A stretch of DNA of 64,000 nucleotides from Aggregatilineales bacterium (GTDB lineage: Bacteria; Chloroflexota; Anaerolineae; Aggregatilineales; J027), in NCBI GenBank assembly GCA_965215855.1, contig CBDCER010000001.1, positions 133,564-197,563 of the forward strand, read 5' to 3'. The notes below the pieces were generated by a model, which saw only the letters and a list, made by a program, of their open reading frames with translations, had not been told where the DNA came from and did not search any database. Positions 59,711 to 64,000 of this stretch are shown here, in pieces. How positions within the stretch are numbered: the first letter of the stretch is position 1; each line of letters begins with the position of its first letter. Both the position numbers and the translations under genes were made by a program.

Positions 59711-60430
59711 ATGACGGAAGCATTATATTTGACCGACTCGTACATGCAGGAATTTGAGGCGACTGTAACAGCGATTGATTCTGAAACGAAAACCGTGACC
59801 CTGGACAGAACAGCTTTCTATCCAGGTGGCGGCGGCCAGCAACCGGATGCTGGACAATTAGTGGGCGATGATATGGTGTATGCCGTGTGGAAAGCCAAAA
59901 AGCGTGGCGGCGAGGTGCTGCATTTCATTGCTGGTGAAGATTTGCCAGCAGTCGGGGCAATGGTCACGGGCAAATTGAATTGGGAGCGCCGCTATCAAGC
60001 GATGCGGACGCACACAGCTATGCACATTTTGTGTGGTGTCATCTGGCGTGATTATCAGGTGAGTGTGACGGGCGGCAATATGGATTTGCTGGCGGGGCGG
60101 ATGGATTTTGAGTTTGCCGAGATCAGCCGCGAGACAATTGCGGATATTGAAGTCAAAATCAATGCTGAAGCTCAGCACGGCCGTGAGGTACAGGCCAGAA
60201 TTTTGCCACGCGAGGAAGCGTTTCAGATTCCGGATTTGATTCGTACCAAGATTAATTTGTTGCCGGAAAGTATCCGCGAAGTACGGGTCGTGGAGATCAT
60301 TGGACTGGATTTGCAGGCAGATGGCGGTACGCATGTGAAGAATACGTCTGAAGTCGGCAATATTCGGATTACGGGATATAAAAGCAAAGGTAGCATCAAC
60401 AAACGACTATATGTGGAATTGGACGAATAG
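59711..60430 (+). CDS. Alanyl-tRNA editing protein (AlaX-M type)
   Basis: LYLTDSY, TAFYPGGGGQ, RTHTAMHIL, QADGGTHV. Confidence 0.9.
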   Translation: MTEALYLTDSYMQEFEATVTAIDSETKTVTLDRTAFYPGGGGQQPDAGQLVGDDMVYAVWKAKKRGGEVLHFIAGEDLPAVGAMVTGKLNWERRYQAMRTHTAMHILCGVIWRDYQVSVTGGNMDLLAGRMDFEFAEISRETIADIEVKINAEAQHGREVQARILPREEAFQIPDLIRTKINLLPESIREVRVVEIIGLDLQADGGTHVKNTSEVGNIRITGYKSKGSINKRLYVELDE

Positions 60431-60432
60431 AT

Positions 60433-61176
60433 ATGGCAAAGAGCGAGAAGAAACGTCAGGCAAAAGCATTAAAGAAACGACGCAAGCGACAGGCAGCGGT
60501 CAATCGTAGTCGGCGGGAAACGCAGCGAGAATCGCCGCGTGGCATCATTAAACGTGCGCGTAATTTTCCATTACATGATTGTTGGATTGACGAGGGTTGG
60601 GCGGATTCTGGCCCTGGCTTGGTACAGGTTGTGATATCCCGTCAGAAGCCAGATGGGGGCTTGGTCGCCGCCAGTTTCTTGATAGATATGTTGTGTTTAG
60701 GAGTGAAGGATGCGGTTTGGATCGCGAATGTCACAGCTAAACGCTATGAGGAAGAGTTGTTATCGGCGATATTACCACCGGATAGGCGCACGGAGTGTCC
60801 AATTGAATTGGCACACCAATTGATTTATAGCGTGGTTGACTATGCGGCTCAATATGGCTTTAAACCTCATAATGATTTTAAATGGGCCAAGTATCTTTTG
60901 GAGCCACGTGGCACATATCCAGAGACTTACGATTTAGCTTTTGGCCGAGACGGAAAGCCGATGTTTATTCCAGGGCCATACGATAATGTGCGGGCGATCG
61001 TGGCGAAGCTGGATCGTAACCCGGGGCCAGGAAATTATCACTATATGATGGCCCCAATGGATATGATAGCTATGGATGAAGATTTTGAAGACGACGAAGA
61101 TTATGAATTTGACGATGAGGAAACCGATGACTTTGACGTCGCTGATGCGAATACAGATACAGATGTTGAAGAGTGA
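60433..61176 (+). CDS. Hypothetical protein, basic N-terminus and acidic C-terminus
   Basis: 247-aa ORF 2 bp after alaX; core FLIDMLCLGVKD...YAAQYGFKPH...FGRDGKPMFIPGPYD. Confidence 0.75.
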   Translation: MAKSEKKRQAKALKKRRKRQAAVNRSRRETQRESPRGIIKRARNFPLHDCWIDEGWADSGPGLVQVVISRQKPDGGLVAASFLIDMLCLGVKDAVWIANVTAKRYEEELLSAILPPDRRTECPIELAHQLIYSVVDYAAQYGFKPHNDFKWAKYLLEPRGTYPETYDLAFGRDGKPMFIPGPYDNVRAIVAKLDRNPGPGNYHYMMAPMDMIAMDEDFEDDEDYEFDDEETDDFDVADANTDTDVEE

Positions 61177-61197
61177 TAGAGCAGGCGTGATTTGATC

Positions 61198-61836
61198 TCA
61201 AGATGTCCTTCGTAGCCAGAGTTCAAAACCGGATTGGACGATGGCGATGTGAGTTTCACGGATGATCTCGAAGTCAGTAAGATGGGCGAGTAGTTCATTG
61301 CGTTCATAGTAAGCATAGAAGCGGTTCCCGGCTAGCTTCTGTTTGGCTTGTTCGCCACCAGGATAGCCGGGTAGGGGCTTTGGCTCGAAGCGTTCACCCT
61401 GGCCTTCTTTCATATTCAGATAGAAGACGCCGCCAGGAACAAGCAATTGGTGGAACGCCTGGATGCAGTCAGGAAATTCATTCTTTTTGAGATGGTAGAG
61501 GCAACCAGAAGCCCAGATGCCATCAAAAGGGCCAGGCAACGTATTAAGATCGCGCAGATCGAGTTTGAGGTAGGTTCCGGCGGGGTCTTCGCGGCGGGCG
61601 ATGGCGAGCATACCATCCGATAGATCAAAAGATACCATTGCCAGGCCGAGTGATGTCATGAAACGTGAATGGCGCCCATCACCACAGCCAGGAGCTAGGA
61701 CACGTTGGCCGGAAAGCAAGTCGTAGAAGTAGCGCATGGACTCTTCTTCCCATTGCTGCACATCAGGTGTGTTGGTCAAGACATAATCGGGCGCGATGCG
61801 GTTATAGGTGGCAATGGTTTCGGTGATATGCTCCAT
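61198..61836 (-). CDS. Class I SAM-dependent methyltransferase
   Basis: VLAPGCGDGRH, FDLSDGML, FDGIWASGCLYHL, LVPGG. Confidence 0.85.
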   Translation of the reverse strand: MEHITETIATYNRIAPDYVLTNTPDVQQWEEESMRYFYDLLSGQRVLAPGCGDGRHSRFMTSLGLAMVSFDLSDGMLAIARREDPAGTYLKLDLRDLNTLPGPFDGIWASGCLYHLKKNEFPDCIQAFHQLLVPGGVFYLNMKEGQGERFEPKPLPGYPGGEQAKQKLAGNRFYAYYERNELLAHLTDFEIIRETHIAIVQSGFELWLRRTS

Positions 61837-61947
61837 TGAATATTTCTCTATAAGCTCGTATGTAGCTGACTGTATATCAATGATACACAGGTTTGCCTGA
61901 AATGACGGAGAGGCTTATTTTGCCAAAGTTTGAAGCGCAAAAAACAG

Positions 61948-62616
61948 ATGCCGCACTTTTTTCCATTTGAAGATCTGGGTTTTCGCTGTAACCCGTTTCG
62001 AGCTTTGGCCGATGAAGAATGGGCGGCTGTAGCTATTGTGCCGCCGTCGATTTTGAAAGCAGACGCGCCTTATATCCAGATTCTCGGCGAGCAAGGACGT
62101 GGCAAATCGACCACATTGCGGGGGTTGGCGGCTTACTTACAACTGGAGAGCCAACGGGTTATGTATGAATATCTGCCGTTGGGGCAGCGGCGATTCATCA
62201 CCTCCATAGCAGATTTGGACGTGTTTTTGTTGGATGAGGCGCAGCGGCTCTGGTGGTGGGAGCGTCGTCGATTGGTGCGTAGTACAATGAAATATGATAC
62301 ACGGCTTGTATTCAGCAGTCATGAGGATTTGACAGAGCTTTTCGGACGTTTCAGATTATCAGTATTCACGATATGGTTGGATCAGGTAGATGAAGACCGT
62401 TTAGCAGCGATATTACAGCGACGCTTGGCGTACTTTGCACTGCATGATCCGCCAAGCGTTGTATTCTCGCCGGACGCTATTCAATACCTATTTGCCCAAT
62501 TTGGCAGCGATTTGCGGCAGATGGAATATTTCTTGTATGAAGTTTTTCAGCGCCTAGAGACGTTTGAATTGCTGACGGTTGCGTATTTGGCTAACGTCCG
62601 GGCGGTGCTAGAATAA
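61948..62616 (+). CDS. Small P-loop NTPase (AAA-like), function unknown
   Basis: NPF, GEQGRGKST, FLLDEAQRL, SSH, GSDLR. Confidence 0.65.
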   Translation: MPHFFPFEDLGFRCNPFRALADEEWAAVAIVPPSILKADAPYIQILGEQGRGKSTTLRGLAAYLQLESQRVMYEYLPLGQRRFITSIADLDVFLLDEAQRLWWWERRRLVRSTMKYDTRLVFSSHEDLTELFGRFRLSVFTIWLDQVDEDRLAAILQRRLAYFALHDPPSVVFSPDAIQYLFAQFGSDLRQMEYFLYEVFQRLETFELLTVAYLANVRAVLE

Positions 62617-62986
62617 AACGTTCTGTCACGTTGGGATCCATTGCGCGTGGAACGTCGATATTGACCATGATCTGCCAGATGATATTGACATAATGTCCGG
62701 CATAGCTCCAGGGGCCGAGGGGTAACTTGAGGTTGAAGTCATGATAAGTGGGCAATCCTGCATCCAACGTTCCCTGATATAGATCCATTTCGGCGATGAC
62801 TGCCGAATCTTTATCGCCACGCCCTTCGGTATGCCACCCCAAACGCACATAGAGGTGACGGCAGTTCAGGTTGTTGTCTGGCATTACCTGAATTGTGCCT
62901 TCTATGATTTCGTTGGGGGCGAAGCGGCGGCCCTGGGGCGTTAGTTCACCATTTTTCAAAGTAAGCGCGATTTCAACGTTTGGCAT
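62591..62986 (-). CDS. Hypothetical protein, arrestin-N/Spo0M-like beta-sandwich (tentative)
   Basis: ATG at 62986 after GAGG; WHTEGRG, LPLGPWSYAG...IIW; fold call is tentative. Confidence 0.6.
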   Translation of the reverse strand: MPNVEIALTLKNGELTPQGRRFAPNEIIEGTIQVMPDNNLNCRHLYVRLGWHTEGRGDKDSAVIAEMDLYQGTLDAGLPTYHDFNLKLPLGPWSYAGHYVNIIWQIMVNIDVPRAMDPNVTERFILAPPGR

Positions 62987-62996
62987 GGGGTTGTCC

Positions 62997-63614
62997 TCAT
63001 AATTCAATAGCGCCGACAGCGCCAGGTGATACCATTAACTCATAGTCTGCTTGAAAATCGGGCCAGCCCGGGATACCGATTTGTACACGAATGAACCAGC
63101 GGAGTTTATTGCGCCTGGCAGAAAATGTATGCATGCCGCCAGGTGGTATCTGGAGTGTGCGTTCGTCATTGAAAACCTGGTCGCTGTGAAAGCTCTGGAG
63201 TGGAAAATCGGCTATGGCTACATTCACATCCTTGTGAACCGTGACCGTATCTGTGCCGCTACTATAGATTGCGGTTTCGCGGAAAATGAGCGTATAGTTG
63301 AACTTCGTGGGGCTGATGTTGCTTTTAAATCCCTGGCGATAAGTGACTTTGAAAATGTCACCGACGCCGACCAATGGCGATGAAATCCATAGCTCAGGCT
63401 CGGCGACTTTCATCTTGGCGAGTGCCTGTATTGCGATCAATCCTGTGATCAGAAGACCGATGGCGAGGAAGACGATGCCGATGATGAGCGCGGCGGGTTG
63501 GTCTGATGTGAGGCCGACGATTAGTGGGCACAATGCACCACCGCTCCAGATCACGCCAAAAATCAATGCAAAGGCCAGCGGTGACGATTGATTATCTCGT
63601 TTGAGTTGGATCAT
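62997..63614 (-). CDS. Two-TM membrane protein with a C-terminal domain resembling the downstream gene
   Basis: Two N-terminal TMs; IPPGGMHTF...LRWFIRVQIGIPGWPD; AAAGGA RBS. Confidence 0.7.
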   Translation of the reverse strand: MIQLKRDNQSSPLAFALIFGVIWSGGALCPLIVGLTSDQPAALIIGIVFLAIGLLITGLIAIQALAKMKVAEPELWISSPLVGVGDIFKVTYRQGFKSNISPTKFNYTLIFRETAIYSSGTDTVTVHKDVNVAIADFPLQSFHSDQVFNDERTLQIPPGGMHTFSARRNKLRWFIRVQIGIPGWPDFQADYELMVSPGAVGAIEL

Positions 63615-63663
63615 GAACCATCCTTTCTCTATGGTTTAATTGTACTGCATTTAGGGGCATGGC

Positions 63664-64000
63664 ATGTATCGTGGGGCAATTTACGGATTATCGGCAGCAG
63701 CAATTTGGGGTGGCATGTATGTGGTGTCGGATGTGGTGCTGGAGACGATTCCACCTTTCACTCTATTGAGTCTGCGCTTGATGATTGGCGCGGCCATGCT
63801 GGTGCTTGTCGTCCAGCGTACACCTGGTAATCGTCTACCGCAGCGAAAGGACATCATGCCATTATTGGGCGTGGGGTTGGTTGGATTTGGAGTCAGCCTG
63901 GGAGCACAATTCGTAGGTACGGATAAATCGACTGCCGTCAATGGGGCACTCATCACCAGTGCGTCTCCGGCGTTCATCCTGGTGTTTGCGGCGTTGATTC
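63664..64000 (+). CDS. DMT/EamA-family transporter, 5' part; runs off the window edge
   Basis: Not in the ORF track. MYRGAIYGLSAAAIWGGMYVVS...IPPFTLLSLR...GTDKSTAVNGALITSASPAFI. Confidence 0.85.
   Translation, partial: MYRGAIYGLSAAAIWGGMYVVSDVVLETIPPFTLLSLRLMIGAAMLVLVVQRTPGNRLPQRKDIMPLLGVGLVGFGVSLGAQFVGTDKSTAVNGALITSASPAFILVFAALI

Overview
Bacterial chromosomal window of about 50 CDS. The gene repertoire suggests Chloroflexota (Anaerolineae-like), which is inference only: four Hanks-type kinases, STAND-WD40 proteins, SH3/LCP surface proteins and a GAAC-N4-GTTC SOS box. Ordinary content includes asd, paaABCD, a thiolase, a P-type Ca2+-ATPase, AlaX, Hsp20, methyltransferases and transporters. 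No rRNA, tRNA or CRISPR array was seen. Main points of interest: (1) a four-gene operon (binding protein, VOC enzyme, ABC ATPase, and an ABC permease fused in frame to a complete MenA prenyltransferase), a candidate naphthoquinone-precursor import-and-prenylate system; (2) an OsmC-family gene with an in-frame TGA at the catalytic Cys position followed by a SECIS-like hairpin (probable selenoprotein); (3) a coupled operon of pseudo-helicase, UvrD helicase, Fe-S PD-(D/E)XK nuclease, RecJ and YigZ that resembles a split AddAB; (4) chimeric signalling proteins (kinase-LuxR-STAND-TM-WD40, and kinase-dead histidine kinase-LuxR); (5) an intact ISAs1 element with a 10-bp TSD, a 206-bp MITE sharing its ends, and an IS5/ISL2-type element. 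All family calls come from motif reading by eye; no database searches were run.
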